A stretch of 64,000 nucleotides of DNA from Amoebidium appalachense (GCA_963693365.1 CAVNZM010000004.1:950448-1014447); one strand, 5' to 3'; numbered from the stretch's first letter, positions 27,391-42,318 are shown. The notes: a model not told the origin generated them from the sequence alone. A program made the numbers and translations.

Positions 27391-28399
27391 GCACTAACAG
27401 CACCCAAACACAGAGGCACACACGCACCACACAAACAGGAGGAAGGTAGCGGGAAACGCACAGATACACACACATGCACCATCAGTGACACCCGCACAAA
27501 AGCATTTAAAGCAGAGATGCACTCAGACCTTTATCTTTTCCCTCTTCTTTTCCGAGCTTGCTTTCTTTGGTTTGCTTTAAAGGAGGTGAGGGGGAAGCCC
27601 CGGGGGGGGGAAGGGGGGGAGGGGGGGGGGGGAAGGGGGGGGGGGGGGGGGGAGGCAGGCAGAATCTAACATGGGAAATTTAATATGGCAGCATTGTGTG
27701 TGTCCGAAGTATTTTGGGGCAAGGCCTCAGGCTCTAAAAACGTCACACCACGGCTAGACTATGTTCCCAAGTGAGGCATTGAAAATATGTGGTTTTGTAT
27801 CCGAGTGCAGGGGCCCATGGGATATCCTCCCCCCTGTACCTCCTGCCCCCCCTCCCTCCCCCCTCCCCCCGCCTCCCCTCCCCCCCTCCCCCGCCGGTTT
27901 CGCGCCTGGTTTCCTCCCCTTTTCTTTATATCCCCCCCCCCCCCCACCAACACCACCACCAACCCCCAACCCCCTCCAACCCCATCCCCCCAGTCCCCTC
28001 CCCCCCCTCCCCCCCTTCCCCCCCGGAAAAAAAAAAAAAAAAAAAAAAGGAAGCCTCCTTGGCCGTTTACCTTTCCCTTTGCCTCCTTCCCGGAATTTTT
28101 CCACCTTTGACCCTCCACGTTGGTTTGTGCCCCGTGTACTTGTACAAGCACTGGCTACCGTGTGTGTTTTGTGCGGCCCATTTGCCAAGCACAAGAAACT
28201 AACGCAAAAACACGTCCCAATGATTACCATATAAGGGGTGGGTTTGTGTGTACGTGCTGGAGGGGGGTGGAGGGGAGGTGGAGGGTGGGGGGGAGGAGGC
28301 TACACCTGACAGGGAGGGATGTTACTTAGTTAGGAGTCACAAACCGGCAAAGACTAAGGCAAACCTAATTAATTTTTGTGTCCATGGTATTATAGTCAG

Positions 28400-29270
28400 C
28401 TGGTGTTATGTGCCGAGGGTGCCATAGTGAATGGAAGGGCAACGTGTGCATGCAACAGTGGGTACACAGGCAACGGCAAGACTTGAACAGGCACATACCC
28501 TACTCCCTTTCCTCCCCCTCCTCCCTCCGTTCCTCCTCCCCCCCCCCCCCCCTCCTCCCCCCCCCCCCCCACCACCACCTTTCCTTCTGATCTGAATTAG
28601 GTTTTGTGGTAGTTTTTAGGTTCATTTGCTTCGATGTTTGCCAAACCTCCAAGGCATGCTTCCCTCCTCTCTGCATCATTGTTTCAGGTCCCCCCTCCTC
28701 CCCCTCCCCCCAAAAAACAACCCCCCTCCCCTTCCCCCCCCCCCACCACCTCCCCGTCTGATCATGCTAATTCTTTATGTGTGCTTGGTTATCTGCATTG
28801 TGTTGTCGGTCGTGAATGTATACTCCATATTCCCGAGACACATTCTTACCATCCCCTCCTCCCCCCTCCCCCAAACACACACACACGCACGCACGCTCAC
28901 ACCCCAATCACCACTCCCCTCCCCCCTTTTTCCTCCCTTCCCCCCCCCCCCCCCCCCCCTCCGCCCCCGCCTTCCTCCCTCTACCACCTCCCCTCCCCCC
29001 TTTTCCTCCCTCTACCCCCCCCCCCCCCTCTCCAGACGTGAACGAATGTGGCTATGTGGAACTCATTGTTTGCAACTACAACCGCTCATCTGCGTCAAAA
29101 AAGGCTCGCATGTACATGTGCACGTGCAACACGGGCTTTTGATTGGCCAAGTTGCAGCCGCACGGAATGCGAAGAATGTCTGGTATTCAGAGCTCTGCTA
29201 TTGTTCTTTAACCCGTGTGTTTAATTGTTGTCATGTGGCGCAAGTGGCAAGGAGGCGAGTAATGAAGATT
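28400..29270 (+). pseudogene. Degraded exons of an EGF-repeat membrane protein
   Basis: 28410-28490 reads CAEGAIVNGRATCACNSGYTGNGKT*. After CAG at 29035 the sequence reads DVNEC...YMCTCNTGF*, followed in another frame by a broken TM-like SSAIVL*PVCLIVVMWRKW. Confidence 0.5.
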
Positions 29271-29907
29271 TTGTAAAGTGCTGTTTTTAGCTTTCTTCGT
29301 CCAAAAAATGGGTTGATATGCAAAACAACAAACCCCTCCCCCCCCCTCCCCCCCCCCCCCTTCTCCCCCTCCGGGGGGGGGCGGGGGGGGGGGGGGGGGG
29401 GGGAGGACGGGAACGGTTGGGGGGGTTGGGGGGGCTGGCGGAGGCGGGGAAGGGATAAGACAGAGTAATAGCTGGCAGGAAAGGGAGGGTCCCCGGGGAG
29501 GGGAGGGGGGGGAGGGGAGGGGGTAACCCCGGGTGTCGAACTAACCAAGCAGGGGGGCACGACCACATGGTCAGGTTTAAAACGTTGGCTCAGACTAAGT
29601 GTGTGCTACCGTGTAACATTCATTGGTCTTGCCAGGGAGCACTCAGCAGACTTCTTCTCCCTCGCATCTTCACTAACAATATGAGGCCCGGCTACCGCCC
29701 TCCCCCTCATCCCCCCCCCCCCCTCCCGGCCTCCACCCCCTCCCCCCCCCCCCCCCCCGTAATTCCCCGCCCTCTTCCCCCCCCCCCCCCCCCCCCCTGC
29801 CTGGCATCCCTTCCCCATGCACACACGCACACCTGACACACACACGTACAGAGAAAGCACCCCTACCCCGATACCACCACATACATACACTGTACGCGTG
29901 CGCACGT

Positions 29908-29944
<37 letters not shown>

Positions 29945-30159
29945 CCCAGACCAAAACACGGTACACATAAACACACGCACACGGACGCACATGCGTGTGC
30001 GCACACACACGCGTGCGCGCGCACACACACACAACTACACACACACGGTACACACAAGCACACGCACATGCATGCACACATGCGCGCGCACACACACACA
30101 CACACACGCGCGCGCGCGAGGGCGGTATACACAAACACACACACACACACACGTGCGCG

Positions 30160-30193
<34 letters not shown>

Positions 30194-30368
30194 CATACGC
30201 GCGCGTGCGGTACACACAAACACACACACACACACACACACCCCTCTGGTCCATAACCACCACGTAAAAAAATTGTAAAAATTTCTCTAATACTCCATCT
30301 CTCATATATTCTCCTTGCAACCGAGGCTCACTCAATGATTCGTACGGGGGGAAGAGGTGTGTATATGA

Positions 30369-30402
<34 letters not shown>

Positions 30403-30803
30403 TTTCTTGCTTCCTTTTATTTCCCTCTTTCTTTTTTTTTTTGTGGTGGCGTGAGAGGGGGGGGGAGAGAGGGGGAGGCAGGGGGGAGGGGGAAGGGGGA
30501 ATGAGGGAGAGGGGTTTGATGGATCAGTAGGTGCCCCTCCCCCCCCTCGCCACCCCCCTCCCCCCTCCCCCTCCCCCCTCTCCCCCCCCCCCCTCCCCCC
30601 CCCTTCCCCCAAATAAAAAGGGGGAGAAAAAAACGGGAAAAAAAAAGCAAAAAAAAAAAAGCACTGCCAGCTCCGGAGAAATTGATTGCAGACCGAGGAC
30701 ACCCGGTGATTGTGAACGGGCCAGTAGCGAAGGAAGCTTCATTGGAGGGTGGCGGGGAGGGGGTGGGGGGGGGGGGGGGGGGGGGAGGACGTAATAGTGC
30801 CTC

Positions 30804-30908
<105 letters not shown>

Positions 30909-31666
30909 TGCGTGTGTGTGTGTGTGCGCGCGCGCGCGCGCGTGTGTGTGTGTGTGCGTGTGTGTGTGTGTGTGTGGCCACCATGCGTGGTGCAGTCCTA
31001 GTCCTATCCTTGTAAGCTTAGACGCCCTTTTTTGTTTCTTTGCTTTTTTGGGGGGGGGGTACGGGAGGTTGGGGGAGGTTGTTTCCTACACTTGGTTGCA
31101 TGGTGCACGTGTACAAAGTGACGAGGGGCCACTTAGTCTAACCCCGCCACAGCGTGATTTGCTCAAGACTTGGCGCTCCGGCGTATAAATGCCCACAACT
31201 TGAAATCACACTGCATCACGCCGCACATGTGTGTCCCCACTGGGCATCCAACACGTGGCACATGATATCCACATAAACCAAGAACTTAAACAGGGTTTGC
31301 ATCGCGCTATTCTAGGCTATCATCATTGACACATTCAACGCATACAAACACACCGTGCACGTAAAACCCAATGTGATTATCGAAAATGGGTTCCAAATAC
31401 AGTAAATGATTTATTGGTTAAAGAGCTGTTACAAACAGCTTGCAAATAATTAATCGATTCGGCTGCAGGGAAGTTCTCATTATCTAACGAAGTTCATACT
31501 ACAGTACATATACACACTTGTTCTGCCGTCATCCACTAGTGTAAGAGATGTAAATCTTTTGTTTCATGGTACCTAAAAGTCAGCACTAACTGTAGCCTTT
31601 TTGCGCTACCAATGTCGTGCTCAAAATAACTTGTCCTGAGTTGCCTACTGTCTACATACAGGCATT

Positions 31667-33366
31667 CTACTCCTTTGTGCGGTTGACGGAGGTGGGCTTG
31701 CGCTCAAAGCCGACCTTGAACTCCTCGAAGAGGGTGTTGGTGTCCTCGAGGGCCACGCCGGCGGTCTCGGGCACACAGGTGTAGACAAACAGGGTCATGG
31801 CGGCAATGAAGCACGAGAAGAACACAAACGTGCCCCACAGGTTGAACAAGCTGGGCCGGTACAGGTACGGCGTGACCTTGCCCACCACGGCGGCCATGGC
31901 CCAGTTGGTGGCCGTCGACACGCTCATGCCCTTGCCGCGGAGATTCTGGGGGAAGATCTCGGAGCACAGCACCCACACCACGGGGCCCCAGCTGTAGGCA
32001 AAGCCGCACACAAAGATGACGGCAAAGACAATCACAAAGATGCCCACGGTCTCGTTTGTCTTGTAGTCAAACAGCGGCGACGCCATCAGCGCACAGCCGG
32101 CCGTGCCGACAAACTGCATGATGCCGCCAGTGACCAGCAGGGTGATGCGGCCGCTCCGCTCGACCAGGTAGATGCAGATGACCGTGGCCAGGAAGTTGAA
32201 CGTGGTCAGCGCAAGGTTGGCCCACAGCACGCCGGTCTCGCTGAAGAATGTGGCAAAGATGTCGGGGGCAAAGAACATGATGGCGTTGATGCCGGTCAGC
32301 TGCTGGAAGAACTGCAGCAGGGCCCCGACCATTGTGCGGTAGCGCATGTTGTTGCGGCTGCTGAAGGCGTCCACCCACGAGCCCTCGCCGATGGCCGCGT
32401 CGGCCTCCACGCTGGCCGTGATGTTTGCCAGCTCGGCCTCGACCTCGTCGCCGTGCCGCACCCGCTGCAGGCACGTGCGCGCCTCGTCGTAGCGGCCCTT
32501 CTGCACCAGCCAGCGGGGGGACTCGGGCAGCAGGAACATGGCCAGCACCATGGTGATGGCAAAGAAGATGTTGCCGCCGTACGACAGCCGCCAGCCAGGC
32601 GTCCAGTGCTTGAGCCCGACGTTGGCTGCGGCGGCGAGCAGGATGCCGAACGTGATGCACAGCTGCTGGAGGGTCACCAGCACGCCGCGCACGTGCTCAG
32701 GGGCCATCTCGGATTGGTACATGGTCACGGCCATGCTGAGCGTGCCGATGGCAATGCCGCCAATGAACCGGCCGGCGTACATGACGCCCATGGTGGGGGG
32801 GAACATCTGCATCAGCACGCCCACAATGAAGATGATGTCGTTGAGCATGAGCGTCTTCTTCGCCCCAGGTAGTCCGTCTGCGTGCCGGAGGTCAGCGCCC
32901 CGCAGAAGCAGCCGATGGTGAAGAGGAAAGAGATCCAGCCCTGCTGGTCGGCCACCCACGACGGGTTGTACTCCCACGAGTCCTCGACACACTGCGTCAG
33001 CACCTTGCCATTGTACACCGTGCCGTTAGCAATGCAGTCCACCTCGTTCTCTGCGCAGCCAAAGCGCATGCAGTAGTCGAGGGCGCTGGTGGGCACGGGC
33101 CCGGCGGGGCAGCAGTGTGCTGGGGGCCAGCCAAAGTGCTTGCGGAAGGACGGCATGACCAGCGTGCCGCCGGAGCCGCCAATGTCGTAGCCAAAGAGAA
33201 GACCGCCAAAGGCCGCCATGATGGCCACCACAATCACAAACGTCTTGACCGGCCGCGTGCGGTCCAGTGGCTAGCTGGCCACCTTGCCCACAGCAGAGTC
33301 CACGTTGAGCACGCCATGGTCGCCGGCCTGCCCGCCCTTGTACTTCTCGTCAACGTGCGAAGCCAT
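31667..33366 (-). pseudogene. MFS sugar porter, copy B (inverted duplicate of A); disabled in its 5' half
   Basis: Near-identical to copy A. In-frame TAG at 33271-33273 (CTG in A) and a 1-bp deletion at 32860/32861; open from there to the stop at 31667. Confidence 0.92.
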
Positions 33367-33484
33367 GTCTGCGCGTTGTAGCTATCAAAAGCGTTAACCT
33401 GTAAAAGTCCTATTTCAAGTGGAGATAGCTAGATGCAATGGAGTTCAAATGCAGTGCAAACTGATGTCTGGATGGCCGGGCTCC

Positions 33485-33680
33485 GCTGTTTATATACTCC
33501 GGGTGGCTCAGAGAGCTGACCAATCACATAGGGTTAAAAAACGAAGCCAATCAAATCTAAGTATGTCATTCCACCTTCCAAATATGGGTTGATTTGGAGC
33601 TCCCCTTTCAGCTGATTGGCTTTGGGAAATATTCTGATTGGCGGATGCACTTTATTGGCCCAGGGCTCTGACCAATAGGA
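33485..33680 (-). promoter_or_regulatory. Putative promoter of transporter copy B: CCAAT cluster and TATA box
   Basis: GTATATAAAC on the minus strand and about six CCAAT/ATTGG boxes, aligned with 20765-20975. Confidence 0.6.
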
Positions 33681-34160
33681 GTGTTACATCTTTTGTGGTA
33701 TAGGCGTAATTGCGGCCCGCCCACGGCTCCGACGACTGAGTCGAGCAAAACCGAGCCTGAGGGAAACTGCTATTCAGCCTATATATATAGCAGCGTAATA
33801 CGAATAATTCTGCTTACGGAAAGAAGCGCCAGTAATGACCTCATGAGAGTGATTGGAACGGGTTAGCAGTAGGGACGGCGTAAGTGAATATCGGTCCAAG
33901 GAGAGAAACGCAGAAGCCTTGAATGGATTGGCCAAATCAAGCCTGGCCGCCTGAGGCTCCTGCCTAGTTTGGGTTTTTTGGTATGCAAGGTCTTCCATGC
34001 TCATTCCTGGACGCTGTCAGATAGGCTGCAGCTGTAGGGCCTAGGAACGTTACACTGTGTTACTTGCAGAATGCAGACAAAATCGCCGTAATCCAACATG
34101 AGGGTGGTGGTTGTGAGTGGGGAACTGTACCTGTTGTGTGTGTGTGTGTGTGTGTGTGAC

Positions 34161-34253
<93 letters not shown>

Positions 34254-35200
34254 ATGGGGGAGGGGGGAGGGGGGAGGGTGTGGGGTGGGGGGGAAGGGGG
34301 GGGGTTATATATGTTGTTGGTGTATGTAATGAACGACGTATGCACAGGTGACGGTTCAGGTGACGCTGTGATCAAGAAGCCTTTAGTTAATTAATATTAA
34401 TATTAGACGTTACGTAATCGACTGGGTACAGCGTCTAAAATGACTGAGAAATTCATGACTTTTAAGCCGTTTACCCAGGGTGGGGGAAAATAAAGATGCA
34501 CTACTGTGGGGGATGGGGAGGGAGAAGGTTGGGGGGGGTTTGGATGCGGGCAAGTGCAACCTGTGTGTCACATTGCAAGATTGTTAGATCGCAGATCGAA
34601 ATTGTCGAACGTCTGCACAGGTACATTTGTAAGTTGTAACCATGTCTGGCTTGCAGAGCTGTAAAACCATTGGTTTAAGCCGCACCACCATGAAAGTTTC
34701 CCAAAACGTAGCTGAGATCAAGGGCTATCGATAGATACCAAGCATGTGGGGATCTGGGATGAACTTCGATTGAATGAACGAAGTCATGAGTGAAGGATGC
34801 ACGACCGAAACACGTGTTTTTCCCTTATTTTCCCTTTATTTTCTGCTTTACATAGAAGGAACTTCTAAACGGTGGCCCTAAATGACCCCAAACTTCAGGA
34901 GAGTGTGTGGGTACACCTCAGGCACCTTGCCACCAAACATCACCACCAACATCCGAAAAGATCTGCTCCTTTACTATGGGCGCCCCAGGAGCCCCCTATC
35001 GCTATTTACACAGTGCCGAGTGCACATACTTGCATAATGCTACAAATACAGCACACAGTGCACCGTTTTTTTCGCTTCTATGCCTACCAGTACAAGCATA
35101 CAACAAAACACACTATTCTACAACCCATTTGTGGCAGTAAGGCAAGCTGAACCACACATCATAACAGTGCGATGGGATGCTGATTGCACACGGATGGCTG

Positions 35201-35283
<83 letters not shown>

Positions 35284-35408
35284 CTTGTGTGTGTGCGTGT
35301 TTGTGTGTGTGTGTGCGTGCGTGGCCCTGTGGTGTGTTTCTTTGTGGTATGTGTGTGTACATATTGATGAAGAGGGGGTGCAACTAGTCTGCGGTGGCTC
35401 CGCACGCG

Positions 35409-35440
<32 letters not shown>

Positions 35441-35574
35441 CGGTGGGGGGGGGGGGGGGGGGGGGAGGGGGAAGCCTTAGGGAGGAGGGAGAAGGGGGGA
35501 GAGGGTGACGGGGAAAGGGGAAGGGGGGGGGGGGGGGGGGGGATTAGTAGCCTAAAGCCTTTCCAGCGCAACTA

Positions 35575-36510
35575 GGCATAATAGGACGCAAAACTATGCA
35601 AGCCAGTAACAACAGAACGTGCAAGTTGTTACGGTGTAGATGCCAGAAGACCGCCGGCGGAGCGGCAGCGCCCTTGCGCGTGCGCCCGGTTTCACTTGGG
35701 GGTACCAGCGTGCGTGGGTACCAGATGCAGCGGCAAGACTTGCCACCAGGTAGCAGGGAAAGGCTGCGCTTAATTGCAAGCAGGAGCACGAAGCCGTCGG
35801 GGCTTTTCCAGCCACAGTTTGAACAAAGGGGCGGGCAACTTGCCCAGCTAGCGCTGTCTGCAGAACAACATGTAGTCATACCCTTACGCCAAAATACGTG
35901 TTAGATGCATAACGAATCCTAACTCCCTCGGGATGTTATTCCGAGGGCCTGCCCCTCATCACCCAGCATCACCCGGCTACATCGCTCGCTATCACCAACT
36001 ACGTCGCCAAACGCAGTTGCAGTGCGTTCTCCTTGCCGTAAACACATTTTGCTGAGCACTTCGCAACAAAATATCAATGGTTGAGCGAGGAAAACAAAAG
36101 CGACACTCGCGAACGCGAAAAACGATAATGTCACCGATCGATCAGTCGAGTCGGTGAAAAGATGACCAAAAAAACATGTAGAGTGCCCTCGCTTGCTTCG
36201 GGGACCGCAACTTGCACAATATGGTTGTCCACAAAAGAGAAAAAAGGTAGTTGGGATAACCCTCTGGCGGGGGGTACCAAGAAACCCTGGGTGCGGCGCC
36301 TACAAGAGGCCAGACCCGGGGTCTCACGAAATTGTACCAGACAATCCACTTTTGGGCTGGCACGTACTGACGGTGCCTGGGCTGCTTTGAACTTCACGTT
36401 CGCCTCAAACCCTCTCGCGACCGCGTGCATGCTTTCTCTCGCGGCGGCTCTACGGTCCCGAGAGTCCAGTGTTCGCTGTGTGTGTAAGGAAAAATACGAG
36501 TCACCTCAGT
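35575..36510 (-). mobile_element. Heavily degraded LINE 5' fragment (ORF1 and possibly the APE start)
   Basis: RAAARESMHAVARG and LPFFSFVDNHIVQVAVPE align by eye with RQIAKETYASILAG and ILCLSFIGYDVLEVAVRG of ORF1 at 45617-46801. Confidence 0.45.
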
Positions 36511-36551
36511 AGCTGACGGACTTTTGGGCCTGAATTGTCGAATGGATACGA

Positions 36552-37170
36552 CAGCAGTATGTTACTTGGTTTCATACTCAATATCCTTTGCTTTATCGTT
36601 GTGATAAAGAGTATCATGGTAGGGCTCTTGAGCCTGTGCTTCTTTTTATTTTAGAGACTCGTCTATCTTCTTTACAATCGTTGTGTAAATTAGCATACTT
36701 GCATATCTTTCCGTTGAATAAATCCAGTCAAAAGAAAATAAATTAGCTACTTATATTTATCCTTCCTCTGGTAAACCTACCACACTTACCGATTTTGCAA
36801 TTCTAACCCCTCCGTTGATATAGCTTGGAAATGTTTATTTTGGCGCTGTAACCTTTGTTTCCATAAATGTTTGTGCCACTTTTGTGCAGAACCTTTTTCT
36901 CGTAAACACTTAGATAGATGTATTTATTTATCTCAGATTATTCCGTTAGAAATTAGAAGACTGGCCTATTTAGATAATCCTGACATTACGTCTATTGACT
37001 ATCTGTTGAACCACGGTATGTTTAACGAGTTTTCTAGGTGTATGATTATTTAAGTCGTTATCTCCTCCGTATCCGAGAGTGAGGGCTTTTGTATTTTCTT
37101 CTCCAAGATATCGGTGATATCTCGCTGGCTTCTATTTTGCTGAGCATACCAATAAAATCATTATTATAAA
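36552..37170 (+). mobile_element. LINE 3' fragment, close copy of 5598-6230 in opposite orientation
   Basis: Long runs match the reverse complement of 5598-6230; encodes CHFCAEPFSRKHLDRC..IDYLLN. Confidence 0.85.
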
Positions 37171-37848
37171 AACAATATGCAATCTACCAAGATTATTCAT
37201 CTTTTTGTGCATGCGTTTGCGTGCGTGTGTATGCATACATATCATTGAGAGGGTGTGTGTGTGTTGGGGGGGGGAAGGGTGTGGGGGGGGGGGGGGGGGG
37301 GGGGGGGGTATACGTAGATAACAACCCTACAGTAAGACGTCCACGAACCTCATGGGCTGTAAGATTCGTCATCTAAACCCCCCCACCCCCCCCACCCCCA
37401 CCCCACCCCACCCCGGTAACCCCCTTGAATGATACGCATAAATTATAAGATATCTTGTGCTAGAATCTACCCTCAATTTACCTTTTATCTTATTAGCGAA
37501 CCATCCCTGTATGGCTTTAAGTGAACGGACGTATGGACGGAAGGGATGGGTGGCCCAGGAGGTGGAGCACAGCTAGCTGTTAGATTAGAGGGTTTGAGGG
37601 TATGGGGAGGAGGGAGGGGACGGGGGGACTGGGTTGGGGGGGGAGGGGGGGAGGGGGAGAAGGTGGACGGGGGTTATCTTGAGCTCGAGGATCCAGAAAG
37701 AAAGGGCGTACATGTGGTATTATGTGTGTATTGGTGCAGGGGGGGGGGGGGGGGGAGGGGGAGGGGAGGGGGGGGGGGGAAGGGAGGGGGAAGGCCGGGA
37801 GGTCGGGCGCGAAAAATGAGCAAGGGAGAGAAAGGAAAGGGGGGAGAG

Positions 37849-37879
<31 letters not shown>

Positions 37880-39194
37880 AGGAGACGACCATCAGCCACC
37901 ACGGATCTTTGACGTATCCCATTGGGTGACTATCAGAAGGTTCATCTGCCAACCCAGGTGGCAATCTTTATTTTAGATTGGCCATACACTATATTTCATA
38001 AAAAATTTAAAAGCAGTGAAACTATTAATATTTAATGATCTGCATTTTCACGGCTGAACACACTAAATTTCGTAAGCAGTTACATAATACTCTGAGACGT
38101 GATAATAATCCCCATTCGAAAGGGGGGGAAAAAAAATTGGCCTCTGGGAATCAACCAATATGTGTGCCTGCTTTCTTTGGCGGCCGTGGTGGGGGTATAG
38201 GCGGCTCAGTAGGCCCTGCTGTGTTATGGGTCGGAATTTCAAACATATTTGAAATTTCGGGTAGTCCGGCAGCGGCTTGTGCAGGGCTACTGCTATTCAA
38301 AGAACACCCAGCGTCAGGAATATTATGAACTGTCCTGCCAGCCTCATCGTAAATAACTCGTTTGGGTGGACGGGGAGGCAGGATGAGTGGTGAAGCTTTA
38401 GAAGGGGCACCGGTATCGATTTGCACATTGACAGTGTGTGGGGTATCATAGGTGGAATGCATACAGTCTTTTCTTTCGTCAACACACGATAATCGTGGTT
38501 TGAATCCACACACTCCTGTTATGTCGCATTGGCTTGGTGGCCCAAATCCATTTTCCCGTTTGTGTCGATTTCCCGGTACCCTTCCGCATCTGCCATCTCG
38601 TCGAATTCGAATTTCAGATACGATTTCCTCGTATTTTGCTGCTCGTGGCCTTCCTCATTGTCTGGGAGGGTGTTGTCTGCGGGTATATATGCAATATCAT
38701 ACCCTTGTGGTGATACATATGCAATATCATACCCTTGTGTAGATAAATTTGCAATATCGTGCGCAACGGTATTCGGAGGGTGGGGGGGTTTCATCTACGC
38801 AAATTGCAATGTCGTCAGTGGGGAGCTCTGAGGGTGTGCTTACCGGGGCAGGTTCTTTCAGTGTAGCCTGGGGGGTCGATGGTTTCGTGGCTGGAGCGGA
38901 CAGGATAGATTGGTCTGTGATGATTGGAAGATCAAGGGGGGAACAGTATGTCAGTAAACATATTGCATGTGCCTGGCATTATTTTCTGCCACACAAACAC
39001 GTGCGCGCGTGCACACGCGCGCGCAGGCACGCACACATGCACTCTCACACGCACACGCGCAAGCGCGCGTACACACACACACACACCTTTGCAACCCACA
39101 GGGCAAACCCGGCATCAATTTTCTTTTCTTTGATGTAAGAATAGAGGCTGCCCATATACATGTTTTCCATCACCATGTAAAGCAGACCACTGTG

Positions 39195-39262
<68 letters not shown>

Positions 39263-39456
39263 GGGGCAGGGAGGGGAGAGGGGAGGACCCATGGTGGGAG
39301 TGCAGAGGATTAGAGGTGTTAGAAGAAAGAGGGAAGAAAGGGTTTGGTATTGTTCAATGGTGGATGGTCTAATTGTGGTGGAGATAATGGTTGTAAGGTC
39401 GGTGGTCGTTTTGCTGGTGGTGGTGGTGGTGGTGGTGATGGTTTGTGTGTGTGTGT

Positions 39457-39503
<47 letters not shown>

Positions 39504-39610
39504 ACACAGAGATTAAGGGGCAACTGGTTGACTAGGCCAGAAGTTGTGGGTGGGTTGGAGGATCAGTGAGTCTGCTTCACAAGTTTCATATATATTGGGT
39601 TTGAATGGTG

Positions 39611-39671
<61 letters not shown>

Positions 39672-41805
39672 GCAAATAAAGGCAGAGAGTGGAAAGGGGG
39701 CCGGTGATACTGTGAAAAGGATTGTAACACGTGAGAAAAGACGATTGAAATCCTTCCCCCCCCCCCCCCCCCACGGCGCTCCCAACCTCTCACACCACCA
39801 CCACCACCATACTATACACACAGAGAGAAAGAGATTTTTTCACTACACAGTCAGCCAAATAGTGCTTCCTCACTGGAATATTCGACCATCCTATCAGCCA
39901 AGGAGGTCTCCATATTTCAGTCGATTTTTATAAATTTCATACTCTTAATTGTAATTACAAAAAGGACCCCTAAAAAAATTAACTAACCTTTCATCCTGCG
40001 ACCACCCTATGAACCTCACAACGTTGGGATGGTTTGTTTTCTTCAATAGTTCCCCCTCCTTCATGAAAATTTCACGGGAATTTTCATCAATGGAAGTGAG
40101 TGTCTTCACTGCAACGGGTACCATGGACCCCCCCTCGACAAGAACACCTGCACACGTCCCAAATGGAAAAATGACCGCCCCGGGGGGGGGGGGGGGGGGG
40201 GGGGGGGGGAGGGGGGGGTAGGGGGGGGGGGGGGAGGGGGGGGGGGAGGGGGGAAGAAAAGGTAGCGAGAAAGCGAGAAAAAGGTAAACCCGTGGTCAGT
40301 TGAGGACATCTAGATTATAATCACATTTGGGATTAAAACGCCCGCCCTTCGTGCCCCCCCCCCCCCCCCCCCCTCTCCAGCCCTTCCCCGGCATTGGCAT
40401 TTCTATAAACCCCCCCCCTCCCTCCCCCTTCCTTTAGCCTCCTGCTCCACCCCATCCCCACAAGGTCATAATATACACAGAAAGTGTGCAGGCGTACATA
40501 CAGTGTCACACACACATCTGCACATACACACTCACATGGACATTCATGCACACACACACATACAGTAACACAGTCACACATGAACAGCCAGGCATGTAGA
40601 TGCACACAACCTTACACGGCACACACACCCCGTACCGGACAGACCCCTTCCCCCCCCCCCCCCCCCCCCCCCATCCCACCACCGGCCTTTTACACTCTGG
40701 TTAGCAGCACCCGTTTTCTCTTTGTTCCTCTCCCTCGCCCCCTGGTAACGTTTTTTTTTTTTGGACTCGTTGTTCTTCGGTTTTTTTATTCCCCCACACA
40801 TGTTTCCTGTTTAACCACCTGCTGCACGAACACTTCCCCTAACTCTTTCTATCCGAACCCATCGTCACTCTTCTTTGGACCTCCCCCAATGTGTGGACGA
40901 TTGTGTATCGTGTTTGCATGTGTGTGTTTCTGTGTTTATGCAGCACGTAAATATTCTTTCAGCTGTAGTGTCCTAGGTGAGGGAGTATGTTTGGGCAGCC
41001 ATCCGCCCGGGTTTGGAATGAGGGGGAGAGGGGGAGGGGGAGGGGAATTGCCCTCGGAGAGCAAGAGAGAGTGTGTGTGTGAGGGAGAGAGAGCAGGAGA
41101 GAGAGAAAGAGGGGGGGAGGGGGGGGAGGGGGGAGGGGGGATAATGTAACGAACCATATGACACGATGCCAAGCTCTCCCGAGCCCAGTTCTCTCAAAAG
41201 CACAAACTGATCACGGGGGATGGGACCTTCCCTGCGTTGGACGGATTCAAGAAGGGTCCGACCTTCGAGGGTAAATCCATCCACTTGCTTGTAGCGGCGC
41301 CGTAACTCTTGTTCTTTTCTGCGGTGGGTGTGGGTGTGTGAGCAAACGTGGGTGACTGCTTCATTTTATTTTTTTGTTCTTGAGCTTTCTTTCTGCTTTT
41401 TCTTATCTTTTTTTGTAAGGCGGAAAGGAAAGGGGATGAGAGGGAGTGGGGAGGGAGAGGGGGCGGGGGAGGGGGTCCTTGTATCATGTTTGGTTAGGTG
41501 GGTGGCTTAGTAGGTGCAGGGGAGGAGAGGGGAGAAAGGGGGGTGGGGATCCGTGTTTGTGTGTGTGTGTGGGGGGGGGGGGGGGGGGGGGGGGGTTGGG
41601 GGAGGAGGGGAGAAGCAACCGTCAGTGAGAGAGAGGGAGGGAAAGAAGAGGGAAGGAGGGCTAGGGGGATGGGGAGAGGGAGGAGGAGGGGTGGGGGGGG
41701 AGAGGAAAAAAGCGGATAAAAGCGGATGGAATGAGACAGCGTGTGTTCATTGGCTTTGAAGGGTGTGTGTGTGCACTGTGTGCTGGTGCAAGCTTGTTTG
41801 TGTAC

Positions 41806-41905
<100 letters not shown>

Positions 41906-42275
41906 CCAACCTATTCTGAACCCTCTTGCTCCAGCAATAGATCACAGCCACCAGCACCACTCCAGCCCCGACCAGCGCCCCTACAACAATCCCAACAATA
42001 GTGGCCGTAGAAAGCCCTGAATTTCTGCTTTTGAATGGCTCCGGAAACACATTCCAGTTGCTTTCATTGGTAAATTTTATGGGGTTTACGCTGTTTACTC
42101 GAGGCAAAGAGAACCAGTCTCAGGTATGGGGGGGGGGGTTTTGCTCGGAATATCCCCTCAGCGGTATATCATGATCACGTACATAGATGTCGGGTGGTGA
42201 CTATATATCAGGGTTTACTTTCTCTACGAGACACCATAAAGACTACAAGGAGAAATCAATTAGTTGGGGTTCCCC

Positions 42276-42318
<43 letters not shown>

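Noticed and set aside
34780-34820. Hammerhead/Penelope-like end (..CCGAAACACGT)
   Set aside because: No CTGANGA core or supporting stems.
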